A stretch of DNA of 64,000 nucleotides, from positions 512,001 to 576,000 of the forward strand of contig CAVSGP010000004.1 in assembly GCA_963727505.1 (NCBI GenBank), in the 5' to 3' direction. This stretch comes from an uncultured Trueperaceae bacterium. GTDB taxonomy: Bacteria; Deinococcota; Deinococci; Deinococcales; Trueperaceae. Shown piece by piece: positions 19,314 through 28,588 of the stretch (positions within the stretch are counted from its first letter, which is position 1; each line of letters starts with the position of its first letter). Below the pieces are notes generated by a model, which saw only the letters and a program-made list of their open reading frames with translations, was not told where the DNA came from and did not search any database. The position numbers were made by a program, and so were the translations under genes.

Positions 19314-20278
19314 GCCTCGTCCTCCCTCTCCCCGCTCATGCGGGGATCGGCCGGCGACCAGGCTCCGCTGCGCCGCGAGCGCTCGTTGGAGACGCGCTCG
19401 CGGTAGTAGCCGCGAAGGTCGAAGATGTCCCGCGTCAGTTCGTACACCGCGATCCCCGCCTCGGCGAGGGCAGCAGACACGCGCCCGATGACCCCCGATT
19501 CCACGGGGATGAAGACCACTTCCTCACCGCGCACCGCGGCGTGGCGGATCCAGGGCTGGGTCTCGAGCAACGCGCGCGCATCGTGCGGCCGATCGACCCA
19601 GACGCGGTAGCGCTCCCGGCGATCGAGCAGGTTCACCTCGTCGATGAGCGCGCCCTCCTCCATGATCGCCACGCGCGTGCAGTAGGCCACCACCTCGTCC
19701 AGGTGGTGGGTGGAGAGTAGCACCGCCGTGCCGTTCGACGCGGCCTCGCGAAGCACCGAGTGCACCAGATGGAGGCTGAGCGGATCCATGCCGCTGGCGG
19801 GCTCGTCCAGGATCAGCACCTCCGGGCGCGTCAGCATGGCCGCTGCCACGCCGAGGCGCTGGCGCATGCCCAGGCTGTACACGCCCACCCGCCGCTCGGC
19901 CGCATTGCCCAGCTCCATCATGTCGAGCACCTCATCGACCCGTCCGTCCGGCACCCCGCCAGCCAGCCTCCCGTGGAGGCGCAGGTTGCCCCGTCCCGTG
20001 AGGTAGGGATAGAAGGCGGCGGGAGCCTCGACCACTGCGCCGAGCTTCCGGCGCACGGACGGTTCCTGGTGGGGGTTGCCACCGAGCATGCGTACCGAAC
20101 CCTCCGACGGGAAGGCCAGGCCCGCCACCAGGCGGATGACCGTCGTCTTCCCCGCGCCGTTCGGGCCCACCAGTGCGTACACTTCGCCCGGATTCACCGT
20201 GAAGCTCATGTCCCGGACGACCGGACGGTGGCCGTACCGCTTGGTCAGGTGGTCGACTTCGATCGATGGCGTGGGCAT
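19310..20278 (-). CDS. ABC transporter ATP-binding protein
   Basis: GPNGAGKTT, YSLGMRQR, ILDEP. Confidence 0.92.
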   Translation of the reverse strand: MPTPSIEVDHLTKRYGHRPVVRDMSFTVNPGEVYALVGPNGAGKTTVIRLVAGLAFPSEGSVRMLGGNPHQEPSVRRKLGAVVEAPAAFYPYLTGRGNLRLHGRLAGGVPDGRVDEVLDMMELGNAAERRVGVYSLGMRQRLGVAAAMLTRPEVLILDEPASGMDPLSLHLVHSVLREAASNGTAVLLSTHHLDEVVAYCTRVAIMEEGALIDEVNLLDRRERYRVWVDRPHDARALLETQPWIRHAAVRGEEVVFIPVESGVIGRVSAALAEAGIAVYELTRDIFDLRGYYRERVSNERSRRSGAWSPADPRMSGEREDEA

Positions 20279-20377
20279 GGGGTTCCTCGGCGAAAGTGTA
20301 CGTCCTGGCGGAGCGATCGCACGGTTAATTCTTCATCACGCCGACGCCCGAGCCGTGCGCGTAGCGGGCGCGCCGCG

Positions 20378-21835
20378 TCAGCCCGATCCCTCCCGACCGG
20401 CACCCACCATCCCGTCGTGCTCGACGAGCATGATGTCGAGCACATGCTCGATGGTCTTCTCCACGGCACGGTCGAAGTCGGACGCTTCCACCACGGGGAC
20501 CCCCTCCAGCTCGGCCTGTTCGACGACGAAGTCGTGCAGGATGCGGATCTCCGTGAAATGCTCCAGGTAGGGCTGGCGACGACGACGGTGGTAGGTCTGG
20601 CCCTCGCGTACGCCGAAGTGGCGTTGGTGGTCCTCCACGTCAGAGACTGCCAGCACCAACTTGATGAGCAAGGCGTCCGGCGTCTCGCGGCTGGGTGCGA
20701 TGCCCGGCACCAGGTGCGCCCCCTCCATCACCAGCGAGGTCGCCTCGGTAACGTTGCGGTCGATGATGGCGCACACCGCCGGATCGAGCTGTTGGACCTG
20801 TGCCAGGAAGCCCCGCAGCACGCGCTTGCGCTTGGGCTTCACGGAGTCGCGTTCGCCGGGAAGCAGCTCCGCCCGCCAGGCAGAGTAGCTGGAGCTGTGC
20901 AACACCGGGCTCAGGTCGGGGCCGATGAGGGAACGCAGCGCCTGCCGCACCGAGTCGGTCGACACATTGCGCGGGATCCCGAGGCGGTAGCCGACCTCCG
21001 AAGCGATCGCCGACTTCCCGACCCCCGGGGCGCCACCGACCAGCAGGATGATCGGTCGGTCGGGACGCCGCACGGCACGCATCAGCTCGTAGCGTCGGGC
21101 GAACTCTTCGCCGGCCTCGTCGCGCAGGAGCCGAATCACCTCGCGGCGCACCTCGAGCCGCTGCACGATCGGCTGTTCGGAGCGGTACAGCGCCTCCTCG
21201 ACCCGCTTGGCCAGGTTGTGGGAGAACTCCGGGCCGAGCCCGACCGCCATCACCGACTGCGCCAGGATGCCACGCGAGAAGGGCATCTCGACCCCGTCCT
21301 CCTCGAGCACCTTGAGCTCGAGGCTCTGGCGGGTGAGCGCTTCGTAGCGCAACCGCAGATCGCGGCCGTACCGGCCCTCCAACGCCACCGCCACGCGGCG
21401 CGCCAACTCCGACTGAGGCAGCCGCTCGGCCCCCTCGGCACGGAGTCCCTGTTCGACCAGGTTGGCCACGGCGTGCGCTTCCTTGAAGCCGAGATCGAGC
21501 TTCTCCAAGGACGCCATCAGGGTGCGCCTCGAGAACGGCTCCTGGTTCCCGTCGACGTCGATCAGCAGTGGGACGAAGGGCGGTGTCTGGTGGCGGAGTC
21601 GCTGCGCCACTTCGGGCGCGACGCGCTCCTCGACCATGCCTGCCAGCACGTCCAGGAGGTCGGCGAGGTCCACCTGGCGCGTCCCCGCCTCGCGCAGCCG
21701 GCGCTCGGCCTCGCGCGCGATGCGGATGGCCTCGTCGGTCACGACCCCGGCTGATTGCAGCGCCTCCACCACCTCGCCGGTGGTATAGGCGTAGCGCTCT
21801 TCACCACGGATCACGCGAAGATCCCGCCGCTTCAC
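20378..21835 (-). CDS. ATP-cone domain / 2-phosphoglycerate kinase-like protein
   Basis: Repeated PFSR ATP-cone-like modules, P-loop GGAPGVGKS, STDSVRQ, EGAHLVP. Confidence 0.75.
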   Translation of the reverse strand: MKRRDLRVIRGEERYAYTTGEVVEALQSAGVVTDEAIRIAREAERRLREAGTRQVDLADLLDVLAGMVEERVAPEVAQRLRHQTPPFVPLLIDVDGNQEPFSRRTLMASLEKLDLGFKEAHAVANLVEQGLRAEGAERLPQSELARRVAVALEGRYGRDLRLRYEALTRQSLELKVLEEDGVEMPFSRGILAQSVMAVGLGPEFSHNLAKRVEEALYRSEQPIVQRLEVRREVIRLLRDEAGEEFARRYELMRAVRRPDRPIILLVGGAPGVGKSAIASEVGYRLGIPRNVSTDSVRQALRSLIGPDLSPVLHSSSYSAWRAELLPGERDSVKPKRKRVLRGFLAQVQQLDPAVCAIIDRNVTEATSLVMEGAHLVPGIAPSRETPDALLIKLVLAVSDVEDHQRHFGVREGQTYHRRRRQPYLEHFTEIRILHDFVVEQAELEGVPVVEASDFDRAVEKTIEHVLDIMLVEHDGMVGAGREGSG

Positions 21836-21893
21836 CGCCAGCCTCCTCTCCGTTCGAACCCACGTTCTGGCGACCCCGAAATCGTGTGCGAGG

Positions 21894-22478
21894 CTACCAC
21901 GGATCGAAGGGGTCCCCCGACCGCCCTTCCAGCACGTCCAGCAGGTTCTTCACGACGTTCCCTGTGAAGCCCCAGATGTTGCGCCCCTGCCAGGGATAGC
22001 TGTAGATGCGCCGACGATAGTCGCGAAGCTGGCGGACTTCGCTGCGTGGCTCGATGGCCGCGAGATCTCTCAGTGGCGTCGTGAAGGTGTCGGCGACCTC
22101 GATCGGATTCAGGGCGAGCGGCTGCGGCCAGGCGATGCGCGCCACCACCGGGGTCGCGACATAGCCGGCGGGGGAAGGGTGGTCGCTGAGGATGCCGAGC
22201 ACGGCCTCGGCCGGCACGCGCAACCCCACCTCCTCTTCCGTCTCGCGCAGCGCGGCCTCGACCAACGCCTCGCCCTCCTCCATGCCGCCGCCAGGGAACG
22301 CGATCTGGCCGGCGTGGTTGGCGAGCGACGAGGCACGCACCGTGAACAGCAGCTCGAGCCCACCGGGCGCTTCCAGCAGCGGCACGAGCACGGCCGCTCG
22401 GCGGAAGCCGGGGATCTCCATGGTGACCCGGTCGGCGTGCTCGAGACGCTCCCTGATCCCCTGGAGCGCCGGCGTCAC
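21894..22478 (-). CDS. NUDIX hydrolase, CoA pyrophosphatase type
   Basis: AAVLVPL, HAGQIAFPGG, ALRETEEEVG, IWGFT. Confidence 0.9.
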   Translation of the reverse strand: MTPALQGIRERLEHADRVTMEIPGFRRAAVLVPLLEAPGGLELLFTVRASSLANHAGQIAFPGGGMEEGEALVEAALRETEEEVGLRVPAEAVLGILSDHPSPAGYVATPVVARIAWPQPLALNPIEVADTFTTPLRDLAAIEPRSEVRQLRDYRRRIYSYPWQGRNIWGFTGNVVKNLLDVLEGRSGDPFDPW

Positions 22479-22584
22479 AAGCGCCCCGCCGCGCGTCGAC
22501 CGGTTGAAGTCACGGGCATGACGCCACGATAGCGTGTGCGCGGGCCTTCCCGCGTCGCGACCTGTCGGCGCTTCGCGTACACCG

Positions 22585-23379
22585 CTACCGACGCGGCACG
22601 CCGATGAAGGCCCAGTGCCTCCCCGTCACACCGGCGTCGCGGCGATGGCTGAAGTAGCGCTCCGGCTCGCAATGGGTGCAGGCTCCAGCACTCCAGATGC
22701 GCTCCGGCCGAACCCCAGCCCGGACCAGCGCCCAGCGGTTGGCCGCGACCAGGTCGAGGCGGTGCCGACCGTCGTCGTCGGGCGTCGCCACCTCGGTCGG
22801 GAAGCCCGCGCGCCGGTAGGCGTCGACCACCTCGGGCCCGACCTGGTAGCACGCTCCCCCGATCCCCGGTCCGATCGCCACGCGCAGGTCGGCGGGGCGG
22901 CTGTCGTAGCGCTCGGCCATGCGCCGCACAACGGTCCCTGCCAGCCCGGCCACGGTGCCGCGCCATCCGCAATGCGCAGCAGCCACGGCGCCGCGCTCCG
23001 GGTCGTGGAAGAGCAGCGGGAAGCAATCGGCGATGCTCACCACCAGGAGCCTTCCAGGAACGTCGGTGGTGGCGGCGTCGGCGCGTTCGGTGAACCAGCT
23101 CGCATCGCCTGCCAGCACATGGTCGCCATGCACCTGGTCGAAGGCGCACACGTCGCCGCGGGCGTACCCGAGCACGGCCAGCAGCCGGTCACGGTTGGCC
23201 TCGACCGCGTCCGGCGCATCCCCCGAACTGAGACCCAGGTTCAGCGAGGCGTAGGCGCCGCGGCTCGTACCACCACCGCGCAGCGTGAAGCCGTGCGGCC
23301 AGGGGAGATCGGGCGCGATCAAAACGGACAAGGCCTCGCGGTCCGGATCCCTCGGGTTCGACAGCTCGCGCAGGGGCAT
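22585..23379 (-). CDS. pgeF: PgeF/YfiH family protein
   Basis: SLNLG, QVHG, ADCFP, HCGWRG, YFSHRR. Confidence 0.9.
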   Translation of the reverse strand: MPLRELSNPRDPDREALSVLIAPDLPWPHGFTLRGGGTSRGAYASLNLGLSSGDAPDAVEANRDRLLAVLGYARGDVCAFDQVHGDHVLAGDASWFTERADAATTDVPGRLLVVSIADCFPLLFHDPERGAVAAAHCGWRGTVAGLAGTVVRRMAERYDSRPADLRVAIGPGIGGACYQVGPEVVDAYRRAGFPTEVATPDDDGRHRLDLVAANRWALVRAGVRPERIWSAGACTHCEPERYFSHRRDAGVTGRHWAFIGVPRR

Positions 23380-23423
23380 GCGCCGATGCTAGCCCGAACC
23401 GCGCGCCACGGACCGCGAGCCGC

Positions 23424-24479
23424 TCAGTAGTTGCGCGCCCGCAGGCGCAGGTCGGTGGCCGCTGCCAGCCACTCGGCAACGGCGTGCACGGCGCCGCGCA
23501 CGGTAGGGGTGATGACGGGATCGCCGAACGGCTCGAGCCGCACGATCACCTCGCTCTGGGCGCGCTGCTGAACCAGCACCAGCAGGTGCTGACGGATGTC
23601 GGGCTCGTCCACGCTGGCCCGCACCCACCAGCGCGGCCGCATCCCCTCCTCGCCGGCGGCCGAGGTCACCCGGGCGGCCTCGGCCGGGGTGTGCGCCCGC
23701 TCCGAGGCTTCGCTGTCGAGCGGGCCGAAGCTGCGGGCGATCTCGTGCAGGATGACGTGCCCCTCTCCGTAGGGGAGCACGACCTTGGCGAAGGGCGCCG
23801 CGTGCGGCAGCGTCCCCGTGAACAGGGCGTGGGGCATGGTGGTGGGCCTTTCGAGGTGCGGGAACGGATCGGAGGGCGAGCCATCGTAGCGGAACTCGAC
23901 GTAGTGCAGGGGCTTGCCCTGCGCCTTCCACTTGAGCGCGTACTTGGTCTCGAACACCGCCTCGGGCGGCGTGCTCTCGTGGGCTTCGAATCCCCCGGCT
24001 GCGTCGGCCTCCGCGAGAGCGAAGGCGAGATACTCGGGGTGGTCGGTGGCCAGTTGGACCGCGCCGCCGGGTCGCAGGCGGCTGGCGGCGAGACGGAAGA
24101 AGGCGCGCTGCAACAGGCGCCGCTCGGCATGACGCTCTTTCGGCCAGGGGTCGGGGAAGTTGACCACGATGCCGGCCAGGGCGTGCTCGGCGAAGAGGTG
24201 GCGGAGCGCGAACTGCGCCCCCGCCTTGGCCAGACGCACGTTGGCGACACCCTCGCGGCGCACACGCCGGAGCGCGCGCTGCACGCTGGCACTGGAGATC
24301 TCGAGCCCAACGAAGCCGGTGCCGGGCTCGTCCAACGCGCGGCGCACCGTGAAGCGCCCGTCACCGAAGCCGATCTCCAGGTGGACAACGCAAGGCTCTC
24401 CGAACTCGGCCGCCCAGTCGACCGGGAAGGGGCGCGTGCGCCAGGGCAGCAACGGGCTGAGCGGGGCACGCTCGTCCAT
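23424..24479 (-). CDS. trmB: tRNA (guanine-N7)-methyltransferase
   Basis: EIGFGDG, NFPDPWPKERH, ATD, TKY; long C-terminal extension. Confidence 0.9.
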   Translation of the reverse strand: MDERAPLSPLLPWRTRPFPVDWAAEFGEPCVVHLEIGFGDGRFTVRRALDEPGTGFVGLEISSASVQRALRRVRREGVANVRLAKAGAQFALRHLFAEHALAGIVVNFPDPWPKERHAERRLLQRAFFRLAASRLRPGGAVQLATDHPEYLAFALAEADAAGGFEAHESTPPEAVFETKYALKWKAQGKPLHYVEFRYDGSPSDPFPHLERPTTMPHALFTGTLPHAAPFAKVVLPYGEGHVILHEIARSFGPLDSEASERAHTPAEAARVTSAAGEEGMRPRWWVRASVDEPDIRQHLLVLVQQRAQSEVIVRLEPFGDPVITPTVRGAVHAVAEWLAAATDLRLRARNY

Positions 24480-24501
24480 GGGTAGGCTCCTCGGCAGGGT
24501 C

Positions 24502-25314
24502 TCAGTCGCGCTTGACCACGGGCCGCACCAGCAGGGCCTCGTTGGCGGCCAGGTCGGACCGGAAGAGGGTGTCGCGCGAGAACAGGATGTAGGGGCCGGC
24601 CCCGTCGACGGCGCTGGCTCGGAACACCAGCACCTTGCCGTCCTTGCGCCGGCATGCCACGCGCTGCGCGGGGCCACCGGTGGCGCGCTCCCAGGTGCTG
24701 AGGATGCCGGGATCGAGGCCGGCCACGCCGGCGGCCAGCTCGCTATCGCTGAGACGGGCCACCAGGCGCGCCGTGCGGGGCCGCCGCCCGCGCATCTTCA
24801 ACACGCCCAGGCGCGACAGGCGCTCGACGATGGCGAGCGCGTCGTCTGGATCGAGGCCGGCGTCCAGAGCGATGCGGGTGACGTTACGCTGGGCGTTGAC
24901 GTGAGCGAGCACCTTGCGTTCATCCTCGTTGAGGATGAGTTCCTCGGCGCGTTCGAAGGTGGCGTCGAGCACGGGGACCGCGTCACGCGCGACGGTAGGT
25001 CCGCCCTCGCGGCGCGCCTCGTCGAGGCGCCGGATCGACTCCAACATCAGGTTCTCGGTGCCGCTCCGGATGGTGGACTCGGGCGCGGGGATGCCCATGC
25101 GGAACTCGAAGCTCCCCCGCTCGTCGGCGAACAGCGCGTAGACCGCTTCCTGGCCCTTGAGCTCGCCGAACTCCGCGTGCACGACCTGACCCTTGTCGAA
25201 GTACACGCGCGCGAGACCCGCAGGATGATCGATCCCGAGGCGCCCCGAGCGTTGCGAACTGGAGAGCAGCTGGAAGAGATCGACCAGCGAGAAGAGGCCC
25301 AACGTTCCGGTCAC
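24502..25314 (-). CDS. DUF4388 (PATAN-like) domain protein
   Basis: GTLGLFSLVDLFQLL...GQVVHA...GSFEF...LMLESIRRLDE. Confidence 0.8.
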   Translation of the reverse strand: MTGTLGLFSLVDLFQLLSSSQRSGRLGIDHPAGLARVYFDKGQVVHAEFGELKGQEAVYALFADERGSFEFRMGIPAPESTIRSGTENLMLESIRRLDEARREGGPTVARDAVPVLDATFERAEELILNEDERKVLAHVNAQRNVTRIALDAGLDPDDALAIVERLSRLGVLKMRGRRPRTARLVARLSDSELAAGVAGLDPGILSTWERATGGPAQRVACRRKDGKVLVFRASAVDGAGPYILFSRDTLFRSDLAANEALLVRPVVKRD

Positions 25315-26363
25315 GGCCGCATTCTACCTTCGAGGTCGCGGACCGGAACCGGGGTGCGGGTCCGGTCGGGCAACGCCACGGCCGCGTGCACGAACGCCTC
25401 GCGCTCGGCGTCCGGCGCCAGCGCTACCACGCCCTCACGCCCCTCGATCCAGTCGTGGTGCACCAGCGCCGCATTGGCAAGCACGCTCGAGCGTCCACGA
25501 GGCGCGAAGCCGAACACCTCTCCCACCAGCATCGGGTTGAGGCCGTAGCGGAGGTGGACCCGTCCCTGCAGCAGCGCCCGCAGTCCGCGTTCCAGCCACG
25601 CCTCCCCCTCGCTCAGACTGGCGTCCGGCGGCCACGGGCGACCCCAGTCGGCGTCGTTGGCGCTGGGCTGCACCAGCACCTCCGCTCCCTGCGCGTCGAG
25701 CGCGGCGACGATTCCTTCGTACCAGCCGTCCAGGCAAACCGCCACGCCGACGTTGCCGCAGGGCGCTTGCATCACGGGAAGCTCGGCCAGCCGGCCGCGT
25801 GCGAGTCCCGCGCGCGACTCGAGCCCGGGGGTGAGGAACACCTTGCGACTGCGCCCGAGCAGGCCGCCGCCCGGCGCGAAGGTGTAGGCGACGTTGTGGA
25901 CGTGCCGGGCGATCACGTGGGGACCGCGCCCCGCTTCGATGTCGATCTCGGGGAGAAACGCCGAGCCCCCGACGACGGTGGCGCCCGTCTCCCTTGCCAC
26001 CGCGCGGAAGGCGTTCACGTAGGCGTCGTGCACCTCCAGCGCACGCGCCAGATGAACGGCAGCGGGTCCGGCGGCCCGGTACCGCCAGGCTGCCGCCAGC
26101 ACCTCCGCCCAGCGGCCTCGCAACGACCGCCACGCCGCCTCCATCACGGTGGCGCTGCCGGTCACCCGACCGGCGTCGCCAAGCGTGAACATCAGGGGCA
26201 TCGCGATCGCCTCGGGAAAGGCCAGCAGCACCTCGCCTCGATCGTCCGGCAGCGTCGCCACCGCCTCGCGTGCCAGCCGCATCGTCCAGGCCGCGAAATG
26301 CGCGGCGCTACGGTACGGGGCCTCGGAGAGGGCGGCCTGGACGGCCACGAGGTGAACGCGCAC
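25311..26363 (-). CDS. Carbon-nitrogen hydrolase (nitrilase superfamily)
   Basis: E-K-C triad motifs FPE, RKVFL, VCLD. Confidence 0.8.
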   Translation of the reverse strand: MRVHLVAVQAALSEAPYRSAAHFAAWTMRLAREAVATLPDDRGEVLLAFPEAIAMPLMFTLGDAGRVTGSATVMEAAWRSLRGRWAEVLAAAWRYRAAGPAAVHLARALEVHDAYVNAFRAVARETGATVVGGSAFLPEIDIEAGRGPHVIARHVHNVAYTFAPGGGLLGRSRKVFLTPGLESRAGLARGRLAELPVMQAPCGNVGVAVCLDGWYEGIVAALDAQGAEVLVQPSANDADWGRPWPPDASLSEGEAWLERGLRALLQGRVHLRYGLNPMLVGEVFGFAPRGRSSVLANAALVHHDWIEGREGVVALAPDAEREAFVHAAVALPDRTRTPVPVRDLEGRMRP

Positions 26364-26456
26364 GCTTCAGTCTAGCCGGACAGCACGCGCCGAAGAAGCT
26401 ACGGCTGGGACGCATCGCACCGCGATGCGCCGGAGACCCGACGGTATACTGCGCTG

Positions 26457-27521
26457 GTGCCCGCCCGTTTGGCGCGTTACCTGCTTCGCGAGACCGCGGG
26501 GCTCTACTTCGTGGGCGTCGCGGCCTTCTGTCTGCTGCTGTCCATCGACCTGCTGAGCGTCCTCGCGCGCTTCCTGATCCAGCAGAGCGCTACGCTCGGG
26601 CAGGTCGGGCAGTTGTTGCTGTACAAGCTGCCCTACTTCTTCCACCTCAGCTTCCCCATCGCCGTGGTCTTCGCCGTGCTGCTCGCCACGGGGAGGCTTG
26701 CGAAGGACTCGGAGCTCAAGGCCGCCTACGCGCTGGGGGTGCGACCGCTCGACCTGGCCGTCCCGCTGGTCGCGCTGGGCCTGCTGGTGGGTGCCGTGAG
26801 CCTGGTGAACAACGGCTTCCTCGAGGCGCGGGCCGAGAACGCCTACCAGCACATGATCGACGGCTTCATCTACGTTCGGCCTCCCGCCCAGGTGCAGACG
26901 AACGCCTCGTTCCGCATCGAGGGCGAAGGCGTCTTCTACGCGGCGCGCGTGCGCGGTAACCTCCAGCACCTGCAAGAGGCGAGCCTACAGGGCGTCCTGG
27001 TGCTGCTCGACGACGGCACCGTCCTGACGGCAGCCAGCGGGAGCTGGTCGAGCAGCGCCAAGACCTGGACGCTCGTCGGCGCGCAACGCAGCGCGCCCGG
27101 TCGCGCGCCGGTGAAGGCGGGCACCGTCACCGTGCCGTTCCCCCTGGAAGCGACTCCCAATCAGACCCTGGCGCGTAGCGAGACCCTGCCGCTCGACGCG
27201 TTGTGGGCGCAGATTGGCCGCCTGCGCCTGGCCGGCGGCGACGCCGGGCCGCTGTTGTTCCAGTTCCATCGCCGCGTTGCCGACGCCTTCACCGCCGTGG
27301 TGTTCGCCATCATCGCCGCCGCCCTTGGCCTGCGCGTCCGCGGACGAGCCTCGGGGTTCGCCTGGACGATCATCCTGCTGGTGCTGTTCTGGGCCATGTG
27401 GTTCTTCGCGCGCAGCCTGTACCAGGCCGGCGCGCTGGGACCGGTGGAAGCGGCATGGATGACGCCGGTGGTGGGAGGCGCGGGTGCGGTGCTGCTGGCG
27501 ATCTGGAGCCTGCGCACGTGA
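26457..27521 (+). CDS. LptF/LptG family permease
   Basis: RYLLRE, GRLAKDSELKA, 3+3 TM layout. Confidence 0.88.
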   Translation: MPARLARYLLRETAGLYFVGVAAFCLLLSIDLLSVLARFLIQQSATLGQVGQLLLYKLPYFFHLSFPIAVVFAVLLATGRLAKDSELKAAYALGVRPLDLAVPLVALGLLVGAVSLVNNGFLEARAENAYQHMIDGFIYVRPPAQVQTNASFRIEGEGVFYAARVRGNLQHLQEASLQGVLVLLDDGTVLTAASGSWSSSAKTWTLVGAQRSAPGRAPVKAGTVTVPFPLEATPNQTLARSETLPLDALWAQIGRLRLAGGDAGPLLFQFHRRVADAFTAVVFAIIAAALGLRVRGRASGFAWTIILLVLFWAMWFFARSLYQAGALGPVEAAWMTPVVGGAGAVLLAIWSLRT

Positions 27522-28588
27522 ACCGCTTCAGTCGCTACCTGTTCCGCGAGATCCTGCCGCTGTACGCAGCCGGCCTGGCGGTGCTGCTGGTCCTGCTGCT
27601 CATGAGCTTCCTGCTCGGCGTGCTGGCGGACGCCCTGGCACGCGGCGTTCCCGCCCCCCTGGTGGCGCGCTTCCTGCTCTTCAAGTTGCCGGCGGCCGCG
27701 GGTCCGGGCCTGCCCCTGGCGTTGCTGTTCGCCGCCCTGCTGGGCCTGACCCGACTCGCTCAGGACGGCGAGATCAAGGCGGCGCTGTTGCTGGGGCTGA
27801 GCCCGCGACGCTTCCTGATGCCGATGCTCGGCCTGGGGCTGCTCGTGAGTCTGCTGGCCTTCGCCAACGACGAGCTGGTGGTGCCCTGGAGCGAGCAGCA
27901 CGCGCTCCAGGTCCAGAAGGACATCTTGCTGAGGAGCCCCGAGACCGTCATCAAGGCCGGCTCGTTCTTCACCGATGCGCTCGGCCGCAGCATCTACATC
28001 GGGTCGGTGGCGCCCGGGGGGCACCTCCGCAACGTGACCGTGATCAGTCCCGGGGGCACCCAGGGCCCGCGCGACGTCATCCAGGCCGCAAGCGGCGACC
28101 TCGACCAAGCCGCCGGGGTGTGGCATCTGCAGGACCTTCGCTTCCGGGTATTCCGCGACAGCCGCATGGTGCTCGATTTCCACGCCGCGAGCGGCGAACT
28201 GCCGGTGCGGGGCCTGTCGGCCGGCGTCACCGGGACCCCCGATCTGGTCTATCTGCCCTTGGGCGAGCTGATCCAGCGCCTGCGAAGCGATCCGGGCCGC
28301 CCCAAGCCCGCGGAGTGGACCGCGCTGCACCGCAAGCTGGCCGAACCCCTCGCCGCCACGGCCTTCGCGTTGTTCGCGCTGTCGGTCGCACTCTTCACCT
28401 TCCGCCGCGGCGCGCCGCTGGGGCTGGTCTCCGTCCTCTTCCTCACCTTCGTCTACTACGCGACCGGCAGCGTCGCGAAGCTCCTGGGAGCGCAGGGCAC
28501 CATCCCCGCCTACGTCGCGGGGTGGGCGCCGGTCGCTCTCTACGTCGTGGCGGGCGGGGTCCTCCTGGCCCTGTCCTGGAGGCGCTGA
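27518..28588 (+). CDS. LptF/LptG family permease
   Basis: RYLFRE, RLAQDGEIKA, HRKLAEP; GTG overlaps upstream stop. Confidence 0.88.
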   Translation: MNRFSRYLFREILPLYAAGLAVLLVLLLMSFLLGVLADALARGVPAPLVARFLLFKLPAAAGPGLPLALLFAALLGLTRLAQDGEIKAALLLGLSPRRFLMPMLGLGLLVSLLAFANDELVVPWSEQHALQVQKDILLRSPETVIKAGSFFTDALGRSIYIGSVAPGGHLRNVTVISPGGTQGPRDVIQAASGDLDQAAGVWHLQDLRFRVFRDSRMVLDFHAASGELPVRGLSAGVTGTPDLVYLPLGELIQRLRSDPGRPKPAEWTALHRKLAEPLAATAFALFALSVALFTFRRGAPLGLVSVLFLTFVYYATGSVAKLLGAQGTIPAYVAGWAPVALYVVAGGVLLALSWRR

